64,000 nucleotides of DNA, from positions 284 to 64,283 of the forward strand of contig CAYGPI010000001.1 in the NCBI GenBank assembly GCA_964351745.1, written 5' to 3'. Origin of the DNA: an uncultured Francisellaceae bacterium. GTDB lineage: Bacteria; Pseudomonadota; Gammaproteobacteria; Berkiellales; Berkiellaceae. The notes below the pieces were generated by a model. It worked only from the letters and a program-made list of their open reading frames with translations. It made no database searches and was not told the DNA's origin. A program made the position numbers and the translations under genes. This document shows positions 20,129 to 28,793 of this stretch, piece after piece (the stretch's first letter is position 1; the number at the start of each line of letters is the position of its first letter).

Positions 20129-21601
20129 ATGAGCCAAGTTACCATTATTGCCTTTTGTCTTTACCTGCTTGTCGTCGTTGGTGTCGCAATATACGCCTAC
20201 ATGTTGACTAAAAACCTCTCCGACTTTGTTTTAGGGGGGCGCTCATTAGGGGGGCCTGTGGCAGCTCTGAGCGCTGGTGCTTCGGATATGAGCGCTTGGT
20301 TGCTCTTGGGGTTGCCAGGTGCGATTTTCATCTTTGGTTTAAATCAAATTTGGCTTCCAATAGGTTTAACCATAGGGGCTTATGTCAGTTGGAAAACATT
20401 GGCGTATCCACTTAGGGTTTTCTCTGAATTAGCAAATGACTCATTAACTTTGCCAGCTTTCCTTGATAATCGATTTTTTGATGAGTCTGGGATTATACGA
20501 AGTCTGCTTGCTTTGGTGACGTTAGGTTTCTTTGCTTTTTATACAGCTTCAGGTTTAGTCGGGGGAGCCATGTTATTACAGAGGTTTGGCTTAGATTACA
20601 CTTACGCGTTGCTGTTAGGCACAGGCATCATTGTTGCTTACACTTTTATTGGAGGATTTTTAGCAGTTAGTTGGACAGATTTTTTCCAAGGAACGTTAAT
20701 GTTCATTTTCCTATTAGTGGTGCCTATGATGGCGATGAATCAACTTGATGGTTGGCAAGCGACCTATGCGACAGTTTCGGCAACTGATACCAATTTAACT
20801 AATCCTTTTTATAAGTTAGACTTTCTATTGTTTATTAACTTGATGGCTTGGGGGCTTGGGTATTTAGGACAACCTCATATCCTAGTTCGATTTATGGCTG
20901 TGAGAGATTTAGAATCGATTCCTTTGGCAAGACGTATTTGTGTCTCTTGGATGTCGTTGTCTATGCTTGGTGCGGTCCTATGTGGGTTTGTTGGTATAGC
21001 CTTTTTTAAACAGCAAAATATACACCATGAGTCTATTTTCATTGTTTTCTCACAAACGCTCTTTTCTCCGTGGTTATCAGGTCTTCTTTTTGCCGCAATT
21101 CTATCTTCAATCATGTGTGCCATTGATTCTCAAATGCTTGCATCATCTAGTGCATTGACGGAAGATATTTATCGCCGTCTTATAAGAAAAAACGCTACTC
21201 AAAAGGAGCTTATGTTACTTGGTCGCCTTGCTATTATTGTTATCGCGATTGTTGCCGTGATTTTAGCTTGGGATCCAGATAGCACAGTGATTGATTTAGT
21301 GTCTTTTGCTTGGGCTGGTCTTGGTGCAGCTTTTGGTCCTTGTGTTGTTTTGGCACTCTTTTGGAGGCGCATGACTAAATGGGGTGCTGTTAGTGGTATT
21401 TGTATTGGTACTTTGTCTGTGATTCTTTGGAGATTGGGATCTGGTGGTATTTTCGAGCTTTATGAGATTATACCAGGTTACTTTCTAGGTACCCTATCTA
21501 TTGTCATTGTCAGTCTTTTGGGCTCCAAGCCTTCTGAAAAAATAACGCAACAGTTTGACAATGCCTGGCGTAATATTCGTCAATCTAAGGAGATTGTGTG
21601 A
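20129..21601 (+). CDS. putP: Sodium/proline symporter
   Basis: 490 aa, SSF-family sequence (GGRSLGGPVAALSAGASDMSAWLLLGLPG ...). Immediately upstream of putA and overlapping it. Confidence 0.92.
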   Translation: MSQVTIIAFCLYLLVVVGVAIYAYMLTKNLSDFVLGGRSLGGPVAALSAGASDMSAWLLLGLPGAIFIFGLNQIWLPIGLTIGAYVSWKTLAYPLRVFSELANDSLTLPAFLDNRFFDESGIIRSLLALVTLGFFAFYTASGLVGGAMLLQRFGLDYTYALLLGTGIIVAYTFIGGFLAVSWTDFFQGTLMFIFLLVVPMMAMNQLDGWQATYATVSATDTNLTNPFYKLDFLLFINLMAWGLGYLGQPHILVRFMAVRDLESIPLARRICVSWMSLSMLGAVLCGFVGIAFFKQQNIHHESIFIVFSQTLFSPWLSGLLFAAILSSIMCAIDSQMLASSSALTEDIYRRLIRKNATQKELMLLGRLAIIVIAIVAVILAWDPDSTVIDLVSFAWAGLGAAFGPCVVLALFWRRMTKWGAVSGICIGTLSVILWRLGSGGIFELYEIIPGYFLGTLSIVIVSLLGSKPSEKITQQFDNAWRNIRQSKEIV

Positions 21602-24600
21602 TGACCTCTGGTAATTTTATAAATTTAAATCAAGACTATCAAATGCAAGACAATGCTTTGATCAGTATTTTAGGGCAAGTTTATCGTCAAGATGAAACGA
21701 GCATGGTTAAGCAGCTGCTTCAAGAGGCATCATTAACGGAATCACAAAAGAAGCAAATTGAATTAGTAGCTTCTAAGCTTGTTGAGGTTTTGCGTGAAGA
21801 GCGTTTAAAAGATGGTGGTTTAGAAGCCTTTTTATTTCAGTACGATCTCTCTAGTGAAGAGGGCATTGCTTTGATGTGTATGGCTGAAGCTCTATTGCGC
21901 ATCCCTGATAAGCATACGGTTGATAAACTCATTCGAGATAAGCTAACCCAAGGTGATTGGGAAGCGCATGCAGGGAAAAGCCATTCCATGTTTGTGAATG
22001 CTGCTACTTGGGCTTTGATGCTAACAGGTAAAGTGATGGGTGAGCATAAATCCATTCATCAGCGATTTACCAAACAGGCTTCAAGCTTAAAAAATGGTCT
22101 ATTGCGCCTAGCTAGTAAGGGTGGCGAGCCTTTAGTTCGTCAAGCCGTGGGCTCAGCGATGAAAATACTATCCAAGCAATTTGTGATGGGGCGATCGATT
22201 AAAGAAGCCCTGAAGCGAGCTGAGCCTTTAGAGGATAAAGGTTATCGTTATTCTTACGATATGCTTGGAGAGGCTGCTTTTACACAGATGGATGCTGATA
22301 AATATTACCAATCCTATTTAACAACTATTGAAATTTTATCGCAACACACGGATGGAGAAAGCCCTATCACCGGGCCAGGTATCTCAGTGAAACTGTCCGC
22401 GATACATCCTCGTTTTGAAATGAAAAAGCGAGCTCGTGTCTTGAAAGAGTTAGTGCCTCGTGTGAAAACTTTAGCTTATGCTGCGAAACAAGCAAACCTT
22501 AATTTGACGATCGATGCTGAAGAGTCAGATACGCTTTCATTACTTTTAGAAGTTTATGAGCAAGTTGCTCGCGATCCAAAGCTTAAAGGTTGGGATGGTT
22601 TGGGGCTTGCGGTGCAGGCGTATCAAAAAAGAGCACTTGCGGTCTTAGATTGGCTAGATGATTTATCACTAGCAACAGGTCAAAAAATGATGATTCGCCT
22701 TGTGAAGGGGGCATATTGGGATAGCGAAATTAAGCTTAGTCAAGAAAATGGTTTGTCTGGCTACCCTGTCTTTACCAGAAAAGCGGCGACGGATATTAAT
22801 TATATTGCCTGTGTTAAGCGTATGCTCAATATGCAGAATATTTACCCGCAGTTTGCCACACATAATGCTCACACGGTGGCGACCATTTTAACGTTGACCG
22901 ATGATAGCAATGTCACAGAATTTGAGTTCCAATGCCTTCATGGTATGGGGTTACCCTTGTATGATCAACTGGTCACGAGTGAGAAGGGTTTGGCATGTCG
23001 GATTTATGCGCCTGTTGGTACGCATGAGGAACTACTAGCTTATCTAGTGAGGCGCTTATTAGAAAATGGTGCTAATACCTCTTTTGTTAATCGTATTGTT
23101 AATGAAGATTTATTAGTGAGTGACATTGTTGCGTGCCCGTTAAAAACGATAGAGAACTTATCTCAAATTCCTCACCCAGGTATTCCATTACCCAAAAATC
23201 TTTTTCATGATCGAACGAACTCAAGTGGGTTAGATCTCAATAACCCGCTTGACATTGAAGCCTTACTTAAGAGCATGGATGTAGACTTTAAAGAAGGTAT
23301 TCATGTGAAGCCTACCGCTATGACCCATGAAACAGCGCTTGAAATCATCCCGGTCACGGCACCGTTTGATCATCATATACAGCTTGGTCACGTGAGCTTG
23401 GCCACCCAAGAAGTTATTGAAAAAAGTCTTAAAAAAGCAGATACTGCCTTTTCAAATATGCCCCCATATCAAATTAGGGCGCAGCACTTACAAGATTTAG
23501 CAGATAAGTTGCAAGCTAGTCAGTCTGAATTGATGGCGATGTTAGTGATGGAAGCTGGCAAAAGTTACGAGGATGCTATTGCTGAAGTACGCGAAGCGAT
23601 AGATTTTTGTCGTTATTACGCGACCCAAGCGATGGCGCAGTGTTGCGCTAAGCCATTGCCAGGGCCTACGGGTGAATATAATGAACTAACACTTTGTGGG
23701 CGTGGTGTGGTGGCTTGTATTAGCCCTTGGAATTTCCCTCTAGCGATATTTTTAGGGCAAGTTTCTGCGGCTTACGCTGCTGGCAACTGTGTGATAGCGA
23801 AACCGGCAACTCAAACACCATTGATTGCAGCTAAAGTTGTTGATTGGATGCATGGCGTTGGGGTTGATAAAGCCATGGTCCAACTTCTCCCGGGTTCAGG
23901 CTCTTTGGTTGGGCAAACCCTTATTGAAGATCTTCGAATTAAAGCCATCGTCTTTACTGGCTCAACGCAGACGGCTAGAAGGATTAATCAAACACTAGCT
24001 AATAGAGAGGGGGCGTTGATACCTTTTATCGCTGAAACTGGCGGTCAAAACGCTATGATAGTTGATTCAAGTGCTTTGCCTGAGCAAGTTGTGCAAGATG
24101 TTATCACGTCGAGTTTCCAAAGTGCTGGTCAGCGTTGCTCGTCGTTGCGAGTTTTGTATTTGCAAAAGGATGTGGCTGATAAAATCATCACCATGTTGTG
24201 TGGTGCGATGGCAGAGCTAAGCGTTGGTAATCCTATGGCTCATGAAACAGATGTTGGCCCCGTGATTGATGACGCCGCTAAAGCAGCTTTGCATGATCAT
24301 AAAAGATGGCTAGACACCCATGCAAGAAAGCTATTCGAAGTTCCTCTTCAAGACGTTGCTCATCATGGCACATTTATCCCTCCTTGTTTATATGAGATTG
24401 AGGCTATTTCTCAATTGAAACAAGAAAATTTTGGGCCCATTTTACATGTCATTCGATTTGAGAAAAATCAACTTAACACAGTGATTGATGATATCAATGC
24501 AACGGGTTACGGTTTAACGCTTGGGATCCACAGCCGGATAGACGAAACAGTTGCTGATATCTACGCCAAAGCTAGAGTTGGCAATATTTACGTGAATCGC

Positions 24601-24783
24601 AATATGATTGGTGCTGTGGTGGGTGTACAGCCGTTTGGTGGCGAAGGACTTTCTGGGACTGGCCCAAAAGCTGGTGGTCCTCATTACTTAACTAGGTTGA
24701 TGATAGAGCGCACGATTTCTATTAATACCACAGCTTCAGGTGGTAACGCGACCCTTATGACTTTAGAAGAGGGCGTATTGTAG
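21601..24783 (+). CDS. putA: Bifunctional proline dehydrogenase / L-glutamate-gamma-semialdehyde dehydrogenase
   Basis: About 1060 aa. PRODH barrel region followed by an aldehyde dehydrogenase domain (FTGSTQTARRINQ, ETGGQNAMIVDSSA, QRCSSLR). The ATG at 21601 overlaps the putP TGA by 1 nt (a GTG at 21598 is the alternative). No N-terminal ribbon-helix-helix DNA-binding domain is apparent. Confidence 0.93.
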   Translation: MTSGNFINLNQDYQMQDNALISILGQVYRQDETSMVKQLLQEASLTESQKKQIELVASKLVEVLREERLKDGGLEAFLFQYDLSSEEGIALMCMAEALLRIPDKHTVDKLIRDKLTQGDWEAHAGKSHSMFVNAATWALMLTGKVMGEHKSIHQRFTKQASSLKNGLLRLASKGGEPLVRQAVGSAMKILSKQFVMGRSIKEALKRAEPLEDKGYRYSYDMLGEAAFTQMDADKYYQSYLTTIEILSQHTDGESPITGPGISVKLSAIHPRFEMKKRARVLKELVPRVKTLAYAAKQANLNLTIDAEESDTLSLLLEVYEQVARDPKLKGWDGLGLAVQAYQKRALAVLDWLDDLSLATGQKMMIRLVKGAYWDSEIKLSQENGLSGYPVFTRKAATDINYIACVKRMLNMQNIYPQFATHNAHTVATILTLTDDSNVTEFEFQCLHGMGLPLYDQLVTSEKGLACRIYAPVGTHEELLAYLVRRLLENGANTSFVNRIVNEDLLVSDIVACPLKTIENLSQIPHPGIPLPKNLFHDRTNSSGLDLNNPLDIEALLKSMDVDFKEGIHVKPTAMTHETALEIIPVTAPFDHHIQLGHVSLATQEVIEKSLKKADTAFSNMPPYQIRAQHLQDLADKLQASQSELMAMLVMEAGKSYEDAIAEVREAIDFCRYYATQAMAQCCAKPLPGPTGEYNELTLCGRGVVACISPWNFPLAIFLGQVSAAYAAGNCVIAKPATQTPLIAAKVVDWMHGVGVDKAMVQLLPGSGSLVGQTLIEDLRIKAIVFTGSTQTARRINQTLANREGALIPFIAETGGQNAMIVDSSALPEQVVQDVITSSFQSAGQRCSSLRVLYLQKDVADKIITMLCGAMAELSVGNPMAHETDVGPVIDDAAKAALHDHKRWLDTHARKLFEVPLQDVAHHGTFIPPCLYEIEAISQLKQENFGPILHVIRFEKNQLNTVIDDINATGYGLTLGIHSRIDETVADIYAKARVGNIYVNRNMIGAVVGVQPFGGEGLSGTGPKAGGPHYLTRLMIERTISINTTASGGNATLMTLEEGVL

Positions 24784-24820
24784 AATTGAGTAAGCTTTAC
24801 AAAAAAGGGATTAAAGAAGA

Positions 24821-24847
24821 GTCGCCTTAGCTAAGGCGACTTTTTTG
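24821..24847 (+). terminator. Rho-independent terminator of putA
   Basis: Perfect 10-bp stem GTCGCCTTAG / CTAAGGCGAC followed by TTTTTTG. Confidence 0.75.
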
Positions 24848-24936
24848 TTAGCTTGCTTGAATCTCAGTCGTTTAGTTATCATAAGTATCACGATTGTCTT
24901 CATCTAATAATTCAACTGCAAAAGGGCACACGAGAA

Positions 24937-24958
24937 AAAGAGCTTAAAAAAGCTCTTT
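24937..24958 (-). terminator. Rho-independent terminator of the PEP-CTERM gene
   Basis: Stem AAAGAGCT / AGCTCTTT with a 6-nt loop. A T-run follows on the minus strand. Located 29 nt after the stop. Confidence 0.6.
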
Positions 24959-24986
24959 AGTCTCATGGGTAGCGAAAAAAGCGCTC

Positions 24987-25742
24987 TTAAGAGCGTTTTC
25001 TTCGTCTTAGAAAAGTTAAACTAAATAATCCAGTGAGAAGTAAGAGTAGACTTCCTGGCTCTGGTACAGTTGCAGAAGGCGGAGGCACACCGTCATCCGG
25101 TGAATCATCTGGTGGAGAGGTTTCATCCCCTGGTGGGTTATCTGGTGGGCCATCTTCAGGTGGTAGAAAATTGGCTGGTACTTTATCGCTACCACCATTG
25201 TCAAATCCTCTAAAGCGCGCGAGAAAACTGGTGTCTTCCGGAGTTTGCGTTGCAGCATTGTCTAGTAGAAAATTTTCCATTTCTTGACTAGTCCAAGCTT
25301 CGTAACCATTTGGGAAGCCTGTAAAATTTGAGAATTCAAAGTGAGCTGTATCGCCGACACCAATCCCGTTACTTGGTTTCCCACCACCTAGAAAATTGCC
25401 GCCTATGGCAAAGCCATAATCAAAGCTACCAAAGGGGCTGCCTGCAAACGGACCGTTGTTTGGCATGAGCGCTAGAAGATCAGAATCAGTGGTTGCATTG
25501 GTGAAGGTGACATTAGTCGGTAAGTTTAATAAAAAACCCGTAATATACCCACCATTGTTTGGATTTGACTGATTTGTTAGATCAACATTTAAAGTATTGT
25601 TTTGCCAAGAAATATCAGCTTCGTATAACCCTAAGCCTTCAGTGCTTTGAGAGCCATTGGCTTGAATTATGGTTGCCTGAGCTGTAATTGAGAATAAACT
25701 AAGGGCACATAAGCCGTAAAACTTAGTAGAAATCTGATGCAT
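24987..25742 (-). CDS. PEP-CTERM sorting-domain secreted protein
   Basis: N-terminal signal peptide (LCALSLFSITAQA). Pro/Asp-rich linker. C-terminal VPEPGSLLLLLTGLFSLTFLRRRKRS is the canonical PEP motif plus TM helix plus Arg cluster. Confidence 0.8.
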   Translation of the reverse strand: MHQISTKFYGLCALSLFSITAQATIIQANGSQSTEGLGLYEADISWQNNTLNVDLTNQSNPNNGGYITGFLLNLPTNVTFTNATTDSDLLALMPNNGPFAGSPFGSFDYGFAIGGNFLGGGKPSNGIGVGDTAHFEFSNFTGFPNGYEAWTSQEMENFLLDNAATQTPEDTSFLARFRGFDNGGSDKVPANFLPPEDGPPDNPPGDETSPPDDSPDDGVPPPSATVPEPGSLLLLLTGLFSLTFLRRRKRS

Positions 25743-25875
25743 GCCTCACTCCTTGAGTTTGATGCAGCTATATATTTATGGAAGCCGAATATTCATTGTA
25801 GGTTGAAAGACAGCTGTTAGCTATGGTTAATTCCTTTCTACACCATGTCAATAAACCTGTTGCTAAATAATACAG

Positions 25876-26190
25876 CTAAATCCAAACTTGAAGCAAGCCA
25901 TCTTGAACTCGAGTTTGAAAAGTTGTGAGGTTTGTGCACGCCGGTGGAGATTTCACCTCACCACTTTTAAGGCAAAATCTTGCCCCATGAAAAGGGCATT
26001 CTATGTCACTGCCATCTACAGCGCCTTCTGAGATAGGTAGCGCTTGATGTGGGCAGGAATCTTCGATGGCATAAAAATTATCTTCAATAGAAAAAATGGC
26101 AATGGCTTTATCTTTGAGGATACAAACATGATGCTCTTGGGGGGTAATTTGCACTGCAGGAATGGTGTCCATCCATTGTTGCTCAACCAT
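25876..26190 (-). CDS. Rieske [2Fe-2S] ferredoxin-like protein
   Basis: CPH ... CPFHG ligand motifs (DSCPHQALPISEG...IECPFHGARF), about 104 aa. The ATG at 26188-26190 overlaps the upstream gene's end by 8 nt. Confidence 0.8.
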   Translation of the reverse strand: MVEQQWMDTIPAVQITPQEHHVCILKDKAIAIFSIEDNFYAIEDSCPHQALPISEGAVDGSDIECPFHGARFCLKSGEVKSPPACTNLTTFQTRVQDGLLQVWI

Positions 26191-26497
26191 GATTGCCTCC
26201 AAAAAAAATAAGCCCTGTCTGTTTTGCTGCTAAGACGGACATTCTGGCTCTTGTCCAAACAGGATCAGTCACTAATTCTAAATCAACGCCGCCTATATGA
26301 GGTACTGCTTCGACAGCTGTGCGCATTTTATCCACCCAACTTTGCGATTGTTGCTTTAAATCAATCAAACTGAAACGAATAAGAGCTACTCGGTGAGATT
26401 TTATTATCACATCATAAATCAGGCCTAAATCAACAATATTGATGTTAAAGCTAGGCTCTATCACCTGCTTTAATTGCTGATAAATTTTATCTTTCAT
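26183..26497 (-). CDS. DUF59 (SufT/MIP18-like) domain protein
   Basis: MKDKIYQQLKQVIEPSFNINIVDLGLIYDV ... VDLELVTDPVWTRARMS matches the DUF59 pattern. The usual conserved Cys (T..CP) appears absent. Start is uncertain (26497 or 26518). Confidence 0.65.
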   Translation of the reverse strand: MKDKIYQQLKQVIEPSFNINIVDLGLIYDVIIKSHRVALIRFSLIDLKQQSQSWVDKMRTAVEAVPHIGGVDLELVTDPVWTRARMSVLAAKQTGLIFFGGNHG

Positions 26498-26759
26498 GAT
26501 TGTTATATCAACATCCATAGAATGAGTGCTGCCTGAGTGGAGTGTGATTTTAACGTCTACAATACCAATAAATTTAAATGTTATCAATAGGATAGGAGTT
26601 TATTTGTGTCCGATTTTTGATGTTGACTGAGCGTGCATATAATCGTTTTAACATGTGTGTTATTGGGAGAAGTCTTGTTTTAAATTCAAAATGGATGTTA
26701 TTATGAAGTTGCGTAACTTGGTTGCGTAATGATGTAGATCATCGGATTGGAGAGTTGTT

Positions 26760-27158
26760 ATGGCACTAGTGGGTGTTCAGGATTCTGATGGCGAGGAAAC
26801 GCTGGAGCAAATTATTTGGGATATCTATGTCTACTTACAAGGGCAAGGCGTCACGCGCTTTAGTCGTTTTCTAGGCAAAAGAGGCCCGCGTGCCGGTGCG
26901 AGCTGGACTGAGGTTAATATTCAGCTAAGATATTTCGTCAAAGATCCTAAAAATCAATACTCTAAAACGATGACAATCATTGAAACTGAAAAGGCGAAAT
27001 TTTCAGATGAGACTGGTTATGTCCATAGACTTATCAAACTAGAAGATTTTTTAAGACAGGCTCCTAAATTTTCAAAGGATTATGATTGCTTAGTTCGAGT
27101 GCCAGATGGTTTTAAGAAACGAAGATCGAAAACGAAGATTGGTTTTTCTGAAGATTAA
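26760..27158 (+). CDS. Hypothetical protein
   Basis: 132-aa ORF. No recognised motif. Basic C-terminus. Converges on the GIDE gene with 1 nt between the stop codons. Confidence 0.45.
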   Translation: MALVGVQDSDGEETLEQIIWDIYVYLQGQGVTRFSRFLGKRGPRAGASWTEVNIQLRYFVKDPKNQYSKTMTIIETEKAKFSDETGYVHRLIKLEDFLRQAPKFSKDYDCLVRVPDGFKKRRSKTKIGFSED

Positions 27159-27159
27159 G

Positions 27160-28071
27160 CTAGCAATTCAATCTCAGCTGGATTAAAAAAGTAACCAACG
27201 TAAACACCCCTAAAAAGCTTAGTCCCCAAATAAAAGCATCGATTTGATAGCCCCTCACAAGTTTATGCTCTTCATGAGAAGAAATAATAAACGGGTGACG
27301 ACTGTCTAGACCATGTTTGCTTAAGACATTAATCGTTGGACTTAAGTGCTCTTTAGGCTTTTCTTGTGGGGGTTGATCTTGTTTTTGCTCATCTCGTTTT
27401 AATGGCAAGTTAAGCAGCAGTGGGAGTAACAGAGCATGATTTTTATCCCACGCATGGACGAGCCTGTCTACTTTTTTTAAACGATGTTCAGTTTGAACAT
27501 TTTTTTGACTGAGGGTGAGAAGATTGCCACAAACATAAATAGGCTTATCATCCTCCATACGTAATTCTGTATATCTATAACTACCACCATGACCAAACAT
27601 TTTAGCCCAAAAGCTTTGGGGGACAGGTGTCGGGCGTCTTGTGCGTCCAAACCATACATCGCACGTAGGTGCACTTATATCTGCACCTTCTGGATCGATA
27701 TAACACAGGCCTGTGCCATCATGGATACAGAACACGTTTTTACTTTTGCCTGTTTCTATCACTTCCCAGCACCGGTTGCGTTGATCATAGTGCTCTATCT
27801 TATAGCTATACCAAGTACAGGGTTTATGAGTAAGATATCCTGTTGTTGGCTCTTGCGGGCAAATCAGCTGCTTGCCGATAAGTTCCACATAGCCTTGGGC
27901 CGCAGAGCGAATTTTTGAGGTGGGTGTATCTTGTACTGAGCGAGCTTTTAAAATGCTTTTATAGCATCTGAAGATAAAAAACAAAGCAAACAGTGCGAAA
28001 AATAAAGTGCATACCCAGTACCAATTCTCGGGGATCCGACAAAAAATGGCTAAATCGTGTCGTGAGAGCAT
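27160..28071 (-). CDS. GIDE-domain membrane protein (LemA partner)
   Basis: N-terminal and C-terminal TM helices flank a soluble domain that begins SAAQGYVELIGK. Sits immediately downstream of lemA, the common LemA-GIDE gene pair. Confidence 0.7.
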   Translation of the reverse strand: MLSRHDLAIFCRIPENWYWVCTLFFALFALFFIFRCYKSILKARSVQDTPTSKIRSAAQGYVELIGKQLICPQEPTTGYLTHKPCTWYSYKIEHYDQRNRCWEVIETGKSKNVFCIHDGTGLCYIDPEGADISAPTCDVWFGRTRRPTPVPQSFWAKMFGHGGSYRYTELRMEDDKPIYVCGNLLTLSQKNVQTEHRLKKVDRLVHAWDKNHALLLPLLLNLPLKRDEQKQDQPPQEKPKEHLSPTINVLSKHGLDSRHPFIISSHEEHKLVRGYQIDAFIWGLSFLGVFTLVTFLIQLRLNC

Positions 28072-28091
28072 AATCGATTGCCTAGTTACAG

Positions 28092-28685
28092 TTATGAGTT
28101 AAAAAGCTTATCCATGTCCACTGGCGCAATTTCTTCTTCTGCAAATTTGAGTAGTGTCTTTTGCTTAAAGCGTAGGGCTGAGGCGACGATTAAATCAGGA
28201 AATTGCTCGATGCGAGTATTGTTGATTGTAGCGCTCTCGTTATAAAGTTCACGTCTGTCTGCGATGGCGTTTTCGAGACTAGATATTCTTGCTGATAAGT
28301 GAACAAAAACATCATTTGCTTTGAGATCAGGATAGTTTTCAGCCAAAGCAAATAGCTTTCCAAGATTTCCACGAAGCTCTGTTTCTGCTGCGCCGAGCCC
28401 TTCAATATCACCTTTCTGGCGCATATCATTCACAATGTTGCGAAGCTCTGTTATTTTTTCCAGTGTTCCTTTCTCATATTCCATGTATTTTCTACAAGTG
28501 GCTACTAGCTTAGGAAGCTCGTCATGACGTTGCTTAAGCAAGACATCAATATTTGACCATGCTTTTATAACATTGTTTTTCAGGCGAACTAAGTTATTGA
28601 AAATAACAATAAAATACATCAGTATCAGGAGAATAGCGCCGCCAATAACGTAATGAGATATATCTAAATGGTTAAGGAAGTCCAT
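28092..28685 (-). CDS. lemA: LemA family protein
   Basis: 197 aa. N-terminal TM helix followed by the characteristic LemA sequence (NNLVRLKN.V..AWSNIDVLLKQRHDELP.LV ... RR.YNESATINNTRIEQFP). Confidence 0.9.
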   Translation of the reverse strand: MDFLNHLDISHYVIGGAILLILMYFIVIFNNLVRLKNNVIKAWSNIDVLLKQRHDELPKLVATCRKYMEYEKGTLEKITELRNIVNDMRQKGDIEGLGAAETELRGNLGKLFALAENYPDLKANDVFVHLSARISSLENAIADRRELYNESATINNTRIEQFPDLIVASALRFKQKTLLKFAEEEIAPVDMDKLFNS

Positions 28686-28793
28686 GATTGCTCCTGAAAA
28701 TAAGGTAAGCTATCTATCCAATATATCATATATTTCATGAGGAGACATTATGTGGAGCATGTTTTGTGTGGTTACACGTTTTCGCGGCAAAGA

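Noticed and set aside
26622-26645. TTGACT followed by TATAAT upstream of the 26760 ORF, as a sigma-70 promoter
   Set aside because: The spacer between the two hexamers is only 9 nt, incompatible with a functional -35/-10 pair.
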